Positions 1 to 12,125 of a DNA stretch of 64,000 nucleotides are shown one piece after another (positions within the stretch are counted from its first letter, which is position 1; each line of letters begins with the position of its first letter). The position numbers and the translations under genes are program-made. The notes under the pieces were generated by a model. It had not been told where the DNA came from. It made no database searches and saw only the letters and a list, made by a program, of their open reading frames with translations. The stretch is from NCBI RefSeq assembly GCF_030384885.1, contig NZ_CP128613.1, one strand, 5' to 3'. This stretch comes from Escherichia coli. GTDB taxonomy: Bacteria; Pseudomonadota; Gammaproteobacteria; Enterobacterales; Enterobacteriaceae.

Positions 1-848
1 ATTTCCCACTTACCTTCGCGCCGCTGTAAAATCAATTCTTGCTCTTCGTTGTTGCCATTGGTCAGCGTAAAACGAACATGAATGCGGGCGGAATCGGCGG
101 TTTTCTCCAGGACTCGAATTTCATCAACGCGTGAAAATAGCGACTCTTCGCCAAAACAGATCGGATTGTCGTAAATAAATTGCCGTTCTATTTGCATATC
201 CTCATCGGGATTGTTGGCAGTCTTGAAGGTGGTTTTATAGAAGGCATTGACCGCCTGGCGGTAAGAGTCGGAAACCACCCACGTCCACGGCCAGCTATAA
301 TCAGCAATATGTTCAAAGAGTTCGGCAACAAAGGCTTCCGGCTGTTCTTTTTGCAACGAAGCTATAGCGGCCAGCGTTTTTTCATTCTCGCTATTAACTG
401 CTTGTAAGACGCTGCCATGATTGCTGACAATATCGTCAATGACCCAACGACCATTTTCCGCCACCATTTTCAGTGTCTGCGTGGTCTTTTCTTTATCGTC
501 TTTAAAGATACGAAAGCGCACAACGGCATCGGCATGATCGGCGTCAGGTTGGGTTATCGCTACGCTTTCTAACACCAGATCGCCAAAATCCTGACAATCA
601 CAAACCGGATCATAATCCAGCCAGCCAATATTGCCCGGCAGCGTAAGATTGTCGTTCAGGGTAAGCGCCTGTTGAATACGCGCAGAAGTTATCGCTCGCT
701 CTCCGGTTTCACCAAAATAAGGCGTACTGGCATCTGATTTATAGTTCTGATAAATCTGCCGGACTGTTTGTTCTACGGTCTGTGAGGGAGGCTGTGCGTG
801 TACGGTAAAACTTGCCAGGGCTGCTAAAAACAGAAGTATTATTTTCAT
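1..848 (-). CDS. yqhG: YqhG (DUF3828 periplasmic protein), 3' end runs off window start
   Basis: Manual translation from ATG ~848 gives MKIILLFLAALASFTVHAQPPSQTVEQ... with signal peptide; position next to dkgA as in E. coli; not in ORF track because no stop within window. Confidence 0.8.
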   Translation of the reverse strand, partial: MKIILLFLAALASFTVHAQPPSQTVEQTVRQIYQNYKSDASTPYFGETGERAITSARIQQALTLNDNLTLPGNIGWLDYDPVCDCQDFGDLVLESVAITQPDADHADAVVRFRIFKDDKEKTTQTLKMVAENGRWVIDDIVSNHGSVLQAVNSENEKTLAAIASLQKEQPEAFVAELFEHIADYSWPWTWVVSDSYRQAVNAFYKTTFKTANNPDEDMQIERQFIYDNPICFGEESLFSRVDEIRVLEKTADSARIHVRFTLTNGNNEEQELILQRREGKWE

Positions 849-1047
849 CTGTTTTTCACCTCTCCGTTGCGTTCATCCCGGGTGTAGATGAATTGTTCCT
901 TTAAGAGCTTCCGGCTCTGCATGATGATGCCCTTATATTTGGCGTTCCTGAACAAGGAAGAGTAACAATGGGCGTGACGCGAGGGGAATAAATGATTTCT
1001 GAAAAGTCCGGTAGCGGAACATTACCGCCACCGGAAGAATTTGCGCG

Positions 1048-1875
1048 TTAGCCGCCGAACTGGTCGGGATCGGGGCCGAGGCGTTTGCCCTGGTCGAGTT
1101 TGGCAATTTCACCTAGCTCGTCTTTGTCGAGACGGAAATCCCAGACATCAAAGTTTTCGGCAATACGTGAAGGTGTGACCGATTTCGGGATCACCACCAG
1201 GCCGTTATCCAGATGCCAGCGGATAACAATCTGCGCCGGGGTTTTGCCGTATTTATCTGCCAGATCGCGAATGACTTTCTGATCGAAAACGCCTTTCCCA
1301 CCTTGCGCTAATGGGCTCCAGGATTCGGTCTGGATTTTGTGTGTCGCGTTCCAGGCGTGAAGCTGGCGTTGCTGCATCAGCGGGTGGAGTTCAATCTGGT
1401 TTATCACCGGCGTCACGCCAGTTTCATCAATCAGGCGTTGCAGGTGGTGGATCTGGAAGTTGCACACGCCGATGCTTTTGATTAAGCCCTCTTTTTGCAA
1501 TTCGATCATGCCCTTCCATGCTTCGACATAATGGTCGATAGCAGGAACGGGCCAGTGCATTAAGTAAAGGTCGACATAATCAAGCTGGAGTTTTTTCAGG
1601 CTGTCGAGCAGGGCTTCGCGGGGGCGCTTGTGGTCGTCGTTCCAAAGTTTAGTGGTGATGAACAGTTCTTCTCTGTTAACTGAGGCATTTTTCAGGGCTT
1701 TGCCGACACCTTCTTCGTTCTTATAGGCCGCGGCGGTATCAATCGAGCGATAACCCACGTCTAACGCTTTTTGAATGGCAGTGATTACTTCCTCATTACT
1801 TGCTTGCCAGACGCCCAGTCCCAACTGGGGCATGACATTGCCATCCTGTAGCTTAATAACGGTTGGATTAGCCAT
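1048..1875 (-). CDS. dkgA: 2,5-diketo-D-gluconate reductase A / methylglyoxal reductase (aldo-keto reductase)
   Basis: Track ORF 275 aa MANPTVIKLQDGNVMPQLGLGVWQ...; matches E. coli DkgA (YqhE) from memory; AKR fold. Confidence 0.95.
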   Translation of the reverse strand: MANPTVIKLQDGNVMPQLGLGVWQASNEEVITAIQKALDVGYRSIDTAAAYKNEEGVGKALKNASVNREELFITTKLWNDDHKRPREALLDSLKKLQLDYVDLYLMHWPVPAIDHYVEAWKGMIELQKEGLIKSIGVCNFQIHHLQRLIDETGVTPVINQIELHPLMQQRQLHAWNATHKIQTESWSPLAQGGKGVFDQKVIRDLADKYGKTPAQIVIRWHLDNGLVVIPKSVTPSRIAENFDVWDFRLDKDELGEIAKLDQGKRLGPDPDQFGG

Positions 1876-1979
1876 ACGTTCCTCCTTTATATGAACTCAC
1901 CGGAGCAGGCTCCGGTGAGGTGTTGTGAACTTAAGTCTGGACGAAATGCCCGAAAACGAAAGTTTGAGGCGTAAAAAGC

Positions 1980-3143
1980 TTAGCGGGCGGCTTCGTATAT
2001 GCGGCGGCTGACATCCAGCGTAATGTCATGATTTTCGCCCAGTTGGGTCATACCGTGCTCTTCCAGTTTTTTCAACAAAGCCGGGATGGAGCTGCCGTCC
2101 AGACCGTAGTCGGAGAGGTGGGTCGGCACGCCTAATTGCTCAAAGAAATTGCGGGTTGCGGCAATCGCGGCGTCAATACGCTCATCGTCAGAACCTTCTG
2201 TGATGTTCCAGACGCGTTCAGCATATTGCAGCAGTTTAGCGCGTTTAGTGTCGCGTTTCTCATTCCACAGTGCAGGCAGGACGATAGCCAGCGTTTGCGC
2301 GTGATCCAGACCGTGCATCGCAGTCAGTTCGTGGCCCAGCATATGCGTTGCCCAATCCTGGGGTACACCTGCGCCAATTAAACCGTTCAGCGCCTGAGTC
2401 GCCGCCCACATAACGTTGGCGCGTACATCGTAGTTTTCTGGCTCTTTCAGGGCTTTCGGACCATCTTCGATCAGCGTCAGCAAAATGCCTTCTGCGAAAC
2501 GGTCCTGAATTTTGGCATCAACCGGTTTGGTAACATACTGTTCCACGGTGTGCACAAAGGCATCCACTACACCGTTAGCCACCTGACGCGGCGGCAGAGT
2601 GTAGGTATAAACCGGATCGAGCACGGCAAATACCGGCTGAACATGGGCAGAATGGAACGCCTGCTTGTCGCCTGTAGTTTTACGGGAGATGACCGCACCT
2701 GCGTTGGATTCTGAACCGGTCGCTGGCAGCGTCAGCACACAGCCCATCGGGATAGCGCTTTTAATCTCTTTACCGCCCGTTTGCAGAATGTGCCACGGAT
2801 CGATATTTTCTGGATAGTTAGCCGCCGCAGCGATAAATTTGGTGCCGTCCAGTACAGAACCGCCGCCAACCGCCAGCAGGAAGGTTACTTTCTGTTCGCG
2901 AACCAGTTTCACGGCGTTCATCAGCGTTTCATAAGCCGGGTTTGGCTCAATACCGCCAAATTCCAGCACGTCCATGCCTTTCAGGGCATCCAGAACTTGA
3001 TCGAGAACGCCGGTTTTTTTCACGCTGCCGCCGCCGTAGGTAATCAATACGCGAGCATCGTGAGGAATTTGTTCGCGTAAACCAGCGATTGCGCCTTTAC
3101 CAAAAAGAATGCGGGTTGGGGTGTGCAGATTAAAGTTGTTCAT
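1980..3143 (-). CDS. yqhD: NADPH-dependent aldehyde reductase (Fe-type alcohol dehydrogenase)
   Basis: Track ORF 1980..3167; start trimmed to [17 protein letters not shown] (annotated YqhD N-terminus, 387 aa). Confidence 0.95.
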   Translation of the reverse strand: MNNFNLHTPTRILFGKGAIAGLREQIPHDARVLITYGGGSVKKTGVLDQVLDALKGMDVLEFGGIEPNPAYETLMNAVKLVREQKVTFLLAVGGGSVLDGTKFIAAAANYPENIDPWHILQTGGKEIKSAIPMGCVLTLPATGSESNAGAVISRKTTGDKQAFHSAHVQPVFAVLDPVYTYTLPPRQVANGVVDAFVHTVEQYVTKPVDAKIQDRFAEGILLTLIEDGPKALKEPENYDVRANVMWAATQALNGLIGAGVPQDWATHMLGHELTAMHGLDHAQTLAIVLPALWNEKRDTKRAKLLQYAERVWNITEGSDDERIDAAIAATRNFFEQLGVPTHLSDYGLDGSSIPALLKKLEEHGMTQLGENHDITLDVSRRIYEAAR

Positions 3144-3279
3144 TACTTGCTCCCTTTGCTGGGTCAATATGAGGGCAGAGATCGGTCTGCCTGATGTTTT
3201 TCATTGTGGTCGCCAGCGCCGTACCTCTCAATGCTCATTTCTGCCAATGTCTTGCCTATTTCTCCAGAGTGCTGGAGAA
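3144..3279. promoter_or_regulatory. yqhC / yqhD-dkgA divergent promoter region (expected YqhC operator)
   Basis: Intergenic between divergent yqhD and yqhC; YqhC is the known activator of yqhD-dkgA; operator not resolved by eye. Confidence 0.45.
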
Positions 3280-4236
3280 ATGCGACAAAATTGCGCACAA
3301 TCAAATTGCCGCATTATTCCTAAGAAATTACGCGATATGAAACGTGAAGAGATTTGCCGCTTGCTGGCGGGTAAAGTTAATAAACTGAAAAATAAAGAAA
3401 ATAGTTTATCAGAGCTATTGCCCGATGTGCGTTTGTTGTATGGCGAGACGCCTTTCGCACGTACGCCGGTGATGTACGAGCCTGGCATCATAATTCTCTT
3501 TTCTGGGCATAAAATCGGTTATATCAATGAACGCGTGTTTCGTTATGATGCAAATGAATATCTGCTGCTGACGGTGCCGTTGCCGTTTGAGTGCGAAACT
3601 TATGCCACGTCAGAGGTACCGCTGGCAGGGTTGCGTCTCAATGTCGATGTTTTGCAGTTACAAGAGCTGTTGATGGACATTGGCGAAGATGAGCATTTTC
3701 GGCCGTCGATGGCAGCCAGCGGGATTAACTCTGCCACGTTATCAGAAGAGATTTTATGTGCGGCGGAGCGGTTACTCGATGTGATGGAGCGACCGCTGGA
3801 TGCGCGTATTCTCGGCAAACAGATCATCCGCGAAATTCTGTACTACGTGCTGACCGGACCTTGCGGTGGCGCGTTACTGGCGCTGGTCAGCCGTCAGACT
3901 CACTTCAGCCTGATTAGTCGTGTGCTGAAACGAATTGAGAATAAATACACCGAAAACCTGAGCGTCGAGCAACTGGCGGCAGAAGCCAACATGAGCGTAT
4001 CGGCGTTCCACCATAATTTTAAGTCTGTCACTAGCACCTCGCCGTTGCAGTATTTGAAGAATTACCGTCTGCATAAGGCGCGGATGATGATTATCCACGA
4101 CGGCATGAAGGCCAGTGCAGCAGCGATGCGCGTCGGCTACGAAAGCGCGTCGCAATTTAGCCGTGAGTTTAAACGTTACTTTGGTGTGACACCGGGGGAG
4201 GATGCGGCAAGAATGCGGGCGATGCAGGGGAGTTAA
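3280..4236 (+). CDS. yqhC: AraC-family transcriptional activator of yqhD-dkgA
   Basis: Track ORF 3109..4236; start chosen at in-frame MRQNCAQ (318 aa, matching remembered YqhC length); C-terminal AraC HTH. Confidence 0.85.
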   Translation: MRQNCAQSNCRIIPKKLRDMKREEICRLLAGKVNKLKNKENSLSELLPDVRLLYGETPFARTPVMYEPGIIILFSGHKIGYINERVFRYDANEYLLLTVPLPFECETYATSEVPLAGLRLNVDVLQLQELLMDIGEDEHFRPSMAASGINSATLSEEILCAAERLLDVMERPLDARILGKQIIREILYYVLTGPCGGALLALVSRQTHFSLISRVLKRIENKYTENLSVEQLAAEANMSVSAFHHNFKSVTSTSPLQYLKNYRLHKARMMIIHDGMKASAAAMRVGYESASQFSREFKRYFGVTPGEDAARMRAMQGS

Positions 4237-4275
4237 ATGCGTTCCCGGTACCGCAACCGGGAACGGGGGAAATTG

Positions 4276-4935
4276 TCAGGCGTTACAGTATTTCTTTTTA
4301 ATCACCACAAACAGCGTGCCTAACAAGCCTGCAGTTAACAAGGCAATCGGCAGGATCATCAGGAATGTCATTACCTGATCTTCATGCCGTTTAACGAACG
4401 GAATCATGCTTAAGGCATAGCCGAAACTGGTTACTACGCTGACCCACAGCAATCCGCTTAGCCAGTTGAAAAACTGGAAGCGGCGGTTTGGCAGACCGGA
4501 AATACCCGCCATGGTTGGCAACAGCGTACGGACAAATGCGAGAAAACGTCCAGCCAGCAGCGCCAGCAGACCGTGACGGTCAAACATACAGGTAGCACGC
4601 TGGTGATATTTGGCAGGAAGCTGTGCCAGCCAGCCTTTCACCGTTTTAGTATTCCCTAACCAGCGCCCCTGAATATAACTTAACCAGCAGCCCAAACTTG
4701 CTGCGGCGGTCAGGATCGCAATCGTTGGCAGAAAATCCATAACCCCCTGGGCAATCAATGCGCCTGCCAGTATCAACAAGCTGTCGCCTGGCAAAAATGA
4801 GGCGGGCAGCAGGCCGTTTTCTAAAAACAGCGTGGCAAACATGACAAAGTAAACAACGCTAACAATATGAGGATCCGCCAGCGCGGCAAAGTCGTGTTGC
4901 CAGAGCGCAGCGATGATATCTTGAATAACAGCCAT
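4276..4935 (-). CDS. yghB: DedA-family inner membrane protein
   Basis: Track ORF 219 aa [25 protein letters not shown]...; matches YghB. Confidence 0.9.
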
Positions 4936-5073
4936 GGACTTTCCTGTGGAACAGCGTTTAAGCCTTTATCTGCCTATTGTACTCCTGAATCACCCGGGAC
5001 GCCTTGATCCCGGACGCAACAATTTAAGACTTTTCACAATTAAATGTCTGCAAATTTGTCCAAACTGGCAACA

Positions 5074-6261
5074 TTACACAATTCGCGCAAAACCGGCGTC
5101 CAGATCGGCAATCAAATCATCGACATCTTCCAGACCAATATGCAGGCGAATCAAGGTCCCGCTAAAATCGATCTCGCCTTGCGGGCGAATGGCGGCGATA
5201 TGTTCTGGTTGATTTGCCAGGATCAACGATTCATACCCGCCCCACGAGTAGGCCATGCTGAATAAACTGTAGTTATCCAGATAGTTCGCCAGCTCTTCAT
5301 CATTGAGTTTTTTCTTAAGCACAAAGGAAAATAGCCCGCTGCTACCTGTAAAGTCTCGTTGCCAGAATTCGTGACCTTTACTGCCAGGCAGAGCAGGGTG
5401 GTTAACTCGCGCTACTTGCGGATGTTCCGCCAGCCATTCAGCTACTTTCAGGCTACTTTCGTGATGTTGACGCAGGCGAACACCCAAAGTGCGCAGGCCA
5501 CGACTGGTTATATAGGCGGTATCGGCATCGACCATCTGCCCCATCAGATAGGCATTCTCCCGTAGCTGCTCCCAGCAACGGGCATTGCATACGGCAGTAC
5601 CAATCATCGCATCTGAATGCCCAACCAGATATTTAGTAGCGGCCTGAATGGAAACATCAATGCCAAAATCCAGCGCCTTAAACAGCACGCCGGCCGCCCA
5701 GGTGTTATCGATCATAATGATGGCATCTGGCACTACACTGCGCACGGCGGCAACAATCGCCGGAACGTCGTGGACTTCCATGGTGATGGAGCCCGGCGAT
5801 TCCAGAAATACAATTTTAGTGTTTGGCTGTAGATGTTTAACAATATTCGCGCCAATCAGCGGATCAAACCACGATGTCGTTACGCCCAGTTTGCTGAGGA
5901 TTTTGCTACAGAAATCCTGACTCGGTTCATAGGCGGTGTTGGTCATCAACACATGATCGCCCTGTTTGACAAAAGCAAGAATGGAATTAGCAACCGCTGC
6001 TGCTCCGCAGGGGAACAGCACGCAGCCTGCGCCACCTTCCAGTTCGCACATCGCTTCTTGTAAGGAGAAATGGGTTAACGTTCCACGCCGTCCATAAAAC
6101 AACTCGCCATTGGCGCGATTGCGTGTCGCGTGTTTTTTGGCTTCCACACTGTCAAAGACCAGCGAAGACGCGCGCTGAATCACGCTATTTACCGCGCCGA
6201 GAGTGTATTTTTTGCTGCGTCCTGCGTTGACCAGTTGAGTATCAAGCTTGTTTTCCGCCAT
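5074..6261 (-). CDS. metC: cystathionine beta-lyase
   Basis: Track ORF 5074..6396; start trimmed to [25 protein letters not shown] (395 aa); PLP enzyme. Confidence 0.95.
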   Translation of the reverse strand: MAENKLDTQLVNAGRSKKYTLGAVNSVIQRASSLVFDSVEAKKHATRNRANGELFYGRRGTLTHFSLQEAMCELEGGAGCVLFPCGAAAVANSILAFVKQGDHVLMTNTAYEPSQDFCSKILSKLGVTTSWFDPLIGANIVKHLQPNTKIVFLESPGSITMEVHDVPAIVAAVRSVVPDAIIMIDNTWAAGVLFKALDFGIDVSIQAATKYLVGHSDAMIGTAVCNARCWEQLRENAYLMGQMVDADTAYITSRGLRTLGVRLRQHHESSLKVAEWLAEHPQVARVNHPALPGSKGHEFWQRDFTGSSGLFSFVLKKKLNDEELANYLDNYSLFSMAYSWGGYESLILANQPEHIAAIRPQGEIDFSGTLIRLHIGLEDVDDLIADLDAGFARIV

Positions 6262-6512
6262 GTCCGGATTCCTGTTTTTATACGTCTGGATGTCTAAACT
6301 AGCATGAATATTCGCGGGCGCATCCTGAAGAATTGGCATAAAGCAGAAAATTTTTGCAAATGGCGTGCTGGTGACTTTTTTACTGCGTAAACGCAAGGAA
6401 AAGAAAGCAAAGGTACGGCAGTATGCAAATAGTAATGAGAACGACTATCAATTCGACGTCGTTTTGATATTATTATGCGCAGATTTTGTGACTTGCGTCC
6501 TGGAGATACACA
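6262..6512. promoter_or_regulatory. metC / exbBD divergent promoter region; met-box-like tandem (acgtctggatgtct, ~6283-6300) and Fur-box-like AT-rich segment (~6425-6450)
   Basis: Sequence motif by eye; metC is MetJ-repressed and exbB is Fur-repressed in E. coli. Confidence 0.45.
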
Positions 6513-7247
6513 GTGGGTAATAATTTAATGCAGACGGACCTTTCCGTCTGGGGTATGTATCAGCACGCCGATATTGTCGTTAAGTGCGTGATGATTGGGC
6601 TTATTTTGGCCTCCGTAGTCACTTGGGCAATCTTCTTCAGTAAGAGCGTTGAGTTCTTCAATCAGAAGCGTCGTCTTAAGCGCGAGCAGCAACTGCTGGC
6701 TGAAGCGCGTTCCTTAAACCAGGCCAACGATATCGCTGCTGATTTTGGTAGCAAAAGCTTGAGCCTGCATTTGCTCAATGAAGCGCAGAATGAGCTGGAA
6801 CTGTCAGAAGGCAGCGACGATAACGAAGGTATTAAAGAACGTACCAGCTTCCGTCTGGAGCGTCGGGTCGCCGCCGTGGGGCGTCAAATGGGCCGCGGTA
6901 ACGGCTACCTTGCAACCATCGGCGCGATTTCGCCGTTTGTGGGCCTCTTTGGTACGGTCTGGGGCATCATGAACAGCTTTATCGGTATTGCGCAAACGCA
7001 GACCACTAATCTGGCTGTCGTTGCGCCGGGTATCGCAGAAGCTCTGTTAGCAACGGCAATCGGCCTCGTGGCAGCGATTCCTGCGGTCGTTATCTATAAC
7101 GTATTTGCACGCCAGATTGGCGGCTTTAAAGCGATGCTGGGTGATGTCGCAGCGCAGGTATTATTGCTGCAAAGTCGTGACCTGGATCTGGAAGCCAGCG
7201 CCGCTGCGCATCCGGTTCGTGTCGCCCAAAAATTACGCGCAGGATAA
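6513..7247 (+). CDS. exbB: TonB-system energizer ExbB (GTG start)
   Basis: Track ORF 244 aa MGNNLMQTDLSVWGMYQHADIVVKCVMIG... Confidence 0.96.
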   Translation: MGNNLMQTDLSVWGMYQHADIVVKCVMIGLILASVVTWAIFFSKSVEFFNQKRRLKREQQLLAEARSLNQANDIAADFGSKSLSLHLLNEAQNELELSEGSDDNEGIKERTSFRLERRVAAVGRQMGRGNGYLATIGAISPFVGLFGTVWGIMNSFIGIAQTQTTNLAVVAPGIAEALLATAIGLVAAIPAVVIYNVFARQIGGFKAMLGDVAAQVLLLQSRDLDLEASAAAHPVRVAQKLRAG

Positions 7248-7253
7248 TGTTCG

Positions 7254-7679
7254 ATGGCAATGCATCTTAACGAAAACCTCGACGATAACGGCGAAATGCA
7301 TGATATCAACGTGACGCCATTTATCGACGTGATGTTGGTTCTGCTGATTATCTTTATGGTGGCAGCGCCGTTAGCGACGGTAGATGTGAAGGTGAACTTG
7401 CCTGCTTCTACCAGCACGCCGCAGCCTCGTCCGGAAAAACCGGTTTATCTGTCGGTGAAGGCGGACAACTCGATGTTTATCGGTAACGATCCGGTCACCG
7501 ATGAAACAATGGTTACAGCGCTGAATGCGTTAACCGAAGGTAAGAAAGATACCACTATCTTCTTCCGTGCGGATAAAACTGTCGATTACGAGACGTTGAT
7601 GAAGGTAATGGATACGCTGCATCAGGCGGGTTATCTAAAGATAGGTCTGGTTGGCGAAGAAACTGCCAAAGCGAAGTAA
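7254..7679 (+). CDS. exbD: TonB-system energizer ExbD
   Basis: Track ORF 141 aa MAMHLNENLDDNGEMHDINVTPFIDVMLVLLIIFMV... Confidence 0.96.
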   Translation: MAMHLNENLDDNGEMHDINVTPFIDVMLVLLIIFMVAAPLATVDVKVNLPASTSTPQPRPEKPVYLSVKADNSMFIGNDPVTDETMVTALNALTEGKKDTTIFFRADKTVDYETLMKVMDTLHQAGYLKIGLVGEETAKAK

Positions 7680-7688
7680 AGACAATTG

Positions 7689-7776
7689 CCTGATGCGCTA
7701 CGCTTATCAGGCCTACAAAATCTATCGCAACATATTGAATTTGCATGACATGTAGGCCGGATAAGGCGTTTAGACC
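7689..7776. repeat. REP/BIME element (two inverted REP units)
   Basis: gcctgatgcgctacgcttatcaggcctac ... gtaggccggataaggcgtttagaccgcatccggca; canonical E. coli REP sequence. Confidence 0.75.
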
Positions 7777-7805
7777 GCATCCGGCAAGAGTTAAATGCAT
7801 AATGA

Positions 7806-7840
7806 TGCCCGGTTGCTTTTCGCAACCGGGCATTTTTTTA
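7806..7840 (+). terminator. rho-independent terminator of exbBD
   Basis: Hairpin cccggttgc/gcaaccggg followed by T-run (cattttttt). Confidence 0.7.
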
Positions 7841-8722
7841 GCCTAAATGTTCGCCGCCGCACACGCCGTGTACTTCTGCGGTGACATAGCTCGACTCCTG
7901 ACTTGCCAGATAAACATACACTGGGGCCAGCTCCGCCGGTTGTCCTGCACGTTTCATTGGTGTTTGCTGACCAAACTGCGGGATCTTATCCTGCGTCTGT
8001 CCACCGGAAATTTGCAGTGCCGTCCAGATCGGGCCTGGTGCAACAATATTCACCCGAATACCTTTCTCCGCGACCTGCTTCGCCAGGCCACGGCTGTAGT
8101 TCAGAATCGCCGCCTTCGTAGCCGCATAGTCCAGCAAATGTGGGCTTGGCTGGTACGCCTGGATTGACGAAGTGGTGATGATACTGGCACCTTTCGGTAG
8201 CAGGGGGATCGCTTCCTGGGTTAGCCAGAACAGTGCGAAAACGTTAATGGCAAACGTCTTTTGAAACTGTTCGCTGGCGAGGTCTGCAATATCAGGAATG
8301 GCAACCTGTTTCCCGGCGACCAGCGCCATAATATCCAGCCCGCCTAGCGCCTTATGCGCTTCGTGAACCAGCGAACGGGCGAATTTCTCATCGCTTAAAT
8401 CGCCAGGCAGCAGGACGGCTTTGCGTCCGCATTCTTCAATGATCTTTTTCACATCCTGAGCGTCTTCTTCTTCCACAGGAAGATAACTGATCGCCACGTC
8501 AGCGCCTTCACGCGCGTAAGCAATGGCGGCAGCGCGACCGATTCCGGAATCGCCCCCTGTCACCAGTGCTTTACGATCTTTCAGGCGACCGCTACCAACA
8601 TAGGTTTTCTCGCCGCAATCCGGCACCGGTGTCATTTTCGCCTGGATGCCTGGCGTCGGTTGTTTCTGTTTGGGATATTCACCAGTGTAATACTGCGTGG
8701 TCGGGTCTTTTAAATGAGACAT
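7838..8722 (-). CDS. yghA: NADP-dependent short-chain dehydrogenase/reductase
   Basis: Track ORF 294 aa; SDR glycine-rich motif [12 protein letters not shown]; matches YghA. Confidence 0.9.
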   Translation of the reverse strand: MSHLKDPTTQYYTGEYPKQKQPTPGIQAKMTPVPDCGEKTYVGSGRLKDRKALVTGGDSGIGRAAAIAYAREGADVAISYLPVEEEDAQDVKKIIEECGRKAVLLPGDLSDEKFARSLVHEAHKALGGLDIMALVAGKQVAIPDIADLASEQFQKTFAINVFALFWLTQEAIPLLPKGASIITTSSIQAYQPSPHLLDYAATKAAILNYSRGLAKQVAEKGIRVNIVAPGPIWTALQISGGQTQDKIPQFGQQTPMKRAGQPAELAPVYVYLASQESSYVTAEVHGVCGGEHLG

Positions 8723-8843
8723 TGTTTTTCTCCCTTCAGGTTCAACGTCCTTTAAGGGTAGACGCTCTCGATGCGTTGATAAGGGAACCAGGAAGATCCC
8801 TAAACCTCGGATTTATGCGATAAAGGTTTAACGGATATGTTGA

Positions 8844-9407
<564 letters not shown>

Positions 9408-9446
9408 TCTGATTCGGGCGCGGTTCTCGCGCCCGTTATTAACAGG

Positions 9447-10487
9447 TCATTTATCGGAAGACGCCTGCCACAGATTCAGCTCGCCATCGGCGATATGCTG
9501 ATCAATCTGCGCCAGCTCCTCGGTGCTAAATGTCAGATTATTCAGCGCCTGCACGTTCTCCTCAAGTTGCTCCGCGCGGCTGGCACCAATCAATACCGAC
9601 GTCACTCGCTCATCTTTCAGCAACCAGCTTAACGCCATTTGTGCCATTGATTGTCCACGCTGCTGTGCCATTTCATTCAATAACCGCAGGCTGTTGAGGT
9701 TGGCTTCGGTGAGCATTTTCGGCGTCAGGCCACGAACTTTATTCCCTTCACGATGCATCCGTGAATCTTGCGGAATACCGTTGAGATATTTTCCGGTCAG
9801 CAATCCCTGAGCCAGAGGAGTAAAGGCAATGCAGCCCACGCCGTTATGTTGCAGGGTATCCAGCAGGCCGCTTTTATCCACCCAGCGGTTCAGTAAATTG
9901 TATGAAGGTTGATGAATTAACAGCGGAATTTTCCATTCGTGCAGCAACTCGACCATTTTTTGCGTCCGCTCTGGCGAGTAAGAGGAGATCCCGACATAAA
10001 GCGCCTTACCGCTTTGTACCGCATGAGCCAGCGCAGAGGCGGTTTCTTCCATCGGCGTATTTTCATCGACGCGATGAGAGTAAAAGATATCGACATACTC
10101 CAGCCCCATACGCTTCAGGCTTTGGTCGAGGCTGGCGAGCATGTATTTACGTGAGCCGCCAGAGCCGTACGGGCCGGGCCACATATCGTAGCCAGCTTTG
10201 GTAGAGATAATCAGTTCATCGCGATAAGCGGCAAAATCCTCCCGCAGCAGGCGACCAAAGTTCTCTTCTGCGCTTCCTGGAGGCGGCCCGTAATTGTTGG
10301 CTAAATCAAAGTGCGTAATGCCCAAATCAAACGCTTTGCGCAGGATCGCACGCTGTGATTCCAGTGCGTTAACGTGACCGAAATTGTGCCATAAACCGAG
10401 CGATAACGCGGGCAGGCGTAAACCGCTTTTTCCGCAATAGCGGTATTGCATCTGCCCGTAACGTTCGGGATTCGCTAACCAGACCAT
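9447..10487 (-). CDS. gpr: L-glyceraldehyde 3-phosphate reductase (aldo-keto reductase)
   Basis: Track ORF 9447..10598; start trimmed to MVWLANPERYGQMQYRYCGKSG (346 aa); YghZ/Gpr. Confidence 0.9.
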   Translation of the reverse strand: MVWLANPERYGQMQYRYCGKSGLRLPALSLGLWHNFGHVNALESQRAILRKAFDLGITHFDLANNYGPPPGSAEENFGRLLREDFAAYRDELIISTKAGYDMWPGPYGSGGSRKYMLASLDQSLKRMGLEYVDIFYSHRVDENTPMEETASALAHAVQSGKALYVGISSYSPERTQKMVELLHEWKIPLLIHQPSYNLLNRWVDKSGLLDTLQHNGVGCIAFTPLAQGLLTGKYLNGIPQDSRMHREGNKVRGLTPKMLTEANLNSLRLLNEMAQQRGQSMAQMALSWLLKDERVTSVLIGASRAEQLEENVQALNNLTFSTEELAQIDQHIADGELNLWQASSDK

Positions 10488-10640
10488 GACCTCTCCTTTC
10501 CACCATTCAATTTCGAAACAATGTTTCCAGTTTAGCGATTTACCAGGGGGGATCCCGTAGCATCGCTCACAGTGTGACGAAAAACTGGGCAAAAACACGT
10601 GCTTATGCTTTGCTTAAAAAAACACCAATTGAGGAGTACA

Positions 10641-11531
10641 ATGATGCCGCGTCTGACCGCTAAAGATTTCCCACAAGAGTTGCTGGATTACTACGACTAT
10701 TACGCTCACGGGAAAATTTCGAAACGTGAGTTCCTCAACCTTGCGGCGAAGTATGCGGTGGGCGGGATGACGGCATTAGCGTTGTTTGATTTGCTCAAGC
10801 CAAATTATGCGCTGGCGACTCAGGTAGAGTTTACCGACCCGGAAATTGTTGCTGAGTACATCACGTATTCTTCGCCAAATGGTCACGGCGAGGTACGGGG
10901 TTATCTGGTGAAGCCCGCAAAGATGAGCGGCAAAACGCCAGCTGTGGTGGTGGTGCATGAGAATCGTGGACTGAATCCGTATATCGAAGATGTGGCACGG
11001 CGAGTAGCGAAGGCGGGGTATATCGCCCTGGCACCTGACGGCTTAAGTTCCGTTGGAGGTTATCCGGGTAATGATGATAAAGGTCGTGAGCTGCAACAGC
11101 AGGTTGATCCAACCAAACTGATGAATGATTTCTTTGCCGCAATTGAGTTTATGCAACGCTATCCGCAAGCGACAGGCAAAGTGGGTATTACCGGATTTTG
11201 CTATGGCGGTGGTGTATCGAACGCGGCGGCTGTCGCGTATCCGGAACTGGCCTGCGCGGTGCCGTTTTATGGTCGTCAGGCACCCACTGCCGATGTGGCG
11301 AAGATTGAAGCGCCTTTACTGCTCCACTACGCGGAACTGGATACCCGAATCAACGAGGGCTGGCCCGCTTACGAGGCGGCGTTGAAAGCCAATAATAAGG
11401 TCTATGAGGCGTATATCTATCCGGGGGTTAATCACGGATTCCATAATGATTCCACGCCCCGTTATGACAAATCTGCCGCCGATCTTGCCTGGCAAAGGAC
11501 GCTGAAATGGTTCGATAAATATCTCTCCTGA
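10641..11531 (+). CDS. yghX: dienelactone hydrolase family protein, uninterrupted reading frame
   Basis: Track ORF 10599..11531; ATG at 10641 preceded by gaggag RBS; MMPRLTAKDFPQELLDYYDYYAHG...; 296 aa with no frameshift. Confidence 0.8.
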   Translation: MMPRLTAKDFPQELLDYYDYYAHGKISKREFLNLAAKYAVGGMTALALFDLLKPNYALATQVEFTDPEIVAEYITYSSPNGHGEVRGYLVKPAKMSGKTPAVVVVHENRGLNPYIEDVARRVAKAGYIALAPDGLSSVGGYPGNDDKGRELQQQVDPTKLMNDFFAAIEFMQRYPQATGKVGITGFCYGGGVSNAAAVAYPELACAVPFYGRQAPTADVAKIEAPLLLHYAELDTRINEGWPAYEAALKANNKVYEAYIYPGVNHGFHNDSTPRYDKSAADLAWQRTLKWFDKYLS

Positions 11532-11649
11532 TAGGTTTATCTCTTACGGGATTACGTCTTAAACAAGCATGAAAAAATAGCGTGCGCAAAAGTCGTTCTT
11601 TGCCTAAAATATCGCTATATATGACAATATATAGCGAATGAGGTGAACG

Positions 11650-11937
11650 ATGAATAACCATTTTGGTAAAGGCTTAATGGCGGGATTAAAAGCAACGCAT
11701 GCCGACAGTGCGGTTAATGTGACAAAATACTGTGCCGATTATAAACGCGGTTTTGTATTAGGCTACTCACACCGGATGTACGAAAAGACCGGAGATCGCC
11801 AGCTTAGCGCCTGGGAAGCGGGGATTCTGACGCGCCGCTATGGACTGGATAAAGAGATGGTAATGGATTTCTTTCGTGAGAATAATTCCTGTTCTACGTT
11901 GCGCTTTTTTATGGCCGGTTATCGCCTCGAAAATTGA
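11650..11937 (+). CDS. yghW: DUF2623 protein
   Basis: Track ORF 95 aa [35 protein letters not shown]... Confidence 0.8.
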   Translation: MNNHFGKGLMAGLKATHADSAVNVTKYCADYKRGFVLGYSHRMYEKTGDRQLSAWEAGILTRRYGLDKEMVMDFFRENNSCSTLRFFMAGYRLEN

Positions 11938-12125
11938 TCAAACATACGTATTATCTTGCTTTAATTAATTACACTAATGCTTATTCCCTTCGTTTTAGTG
12001 CCCCGCCGCAGTATCATGATATCGATAACCATAATAAATGTGTGGTAAATGGCGCATCGATCGCATTATTGATTTTGCGATTGAGGCAAAATATATGCCA
12101 GGTCTTCGCAACGGAATAACTATAA

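Noticed and set aside
3109-3279. N-terminal extensions of longest ORFs (yqhC here; similarly yqhD, metC, gpr, yghX, speC, nupG, mutY, glcC, glcF)
   Set aside because: The longest-ORF starts in the track begin at upstream in-frame codons, several non-ATG. Starts were moved to the methionine matching the known protein N-terminus, and the extensions overlap divergent promoters.
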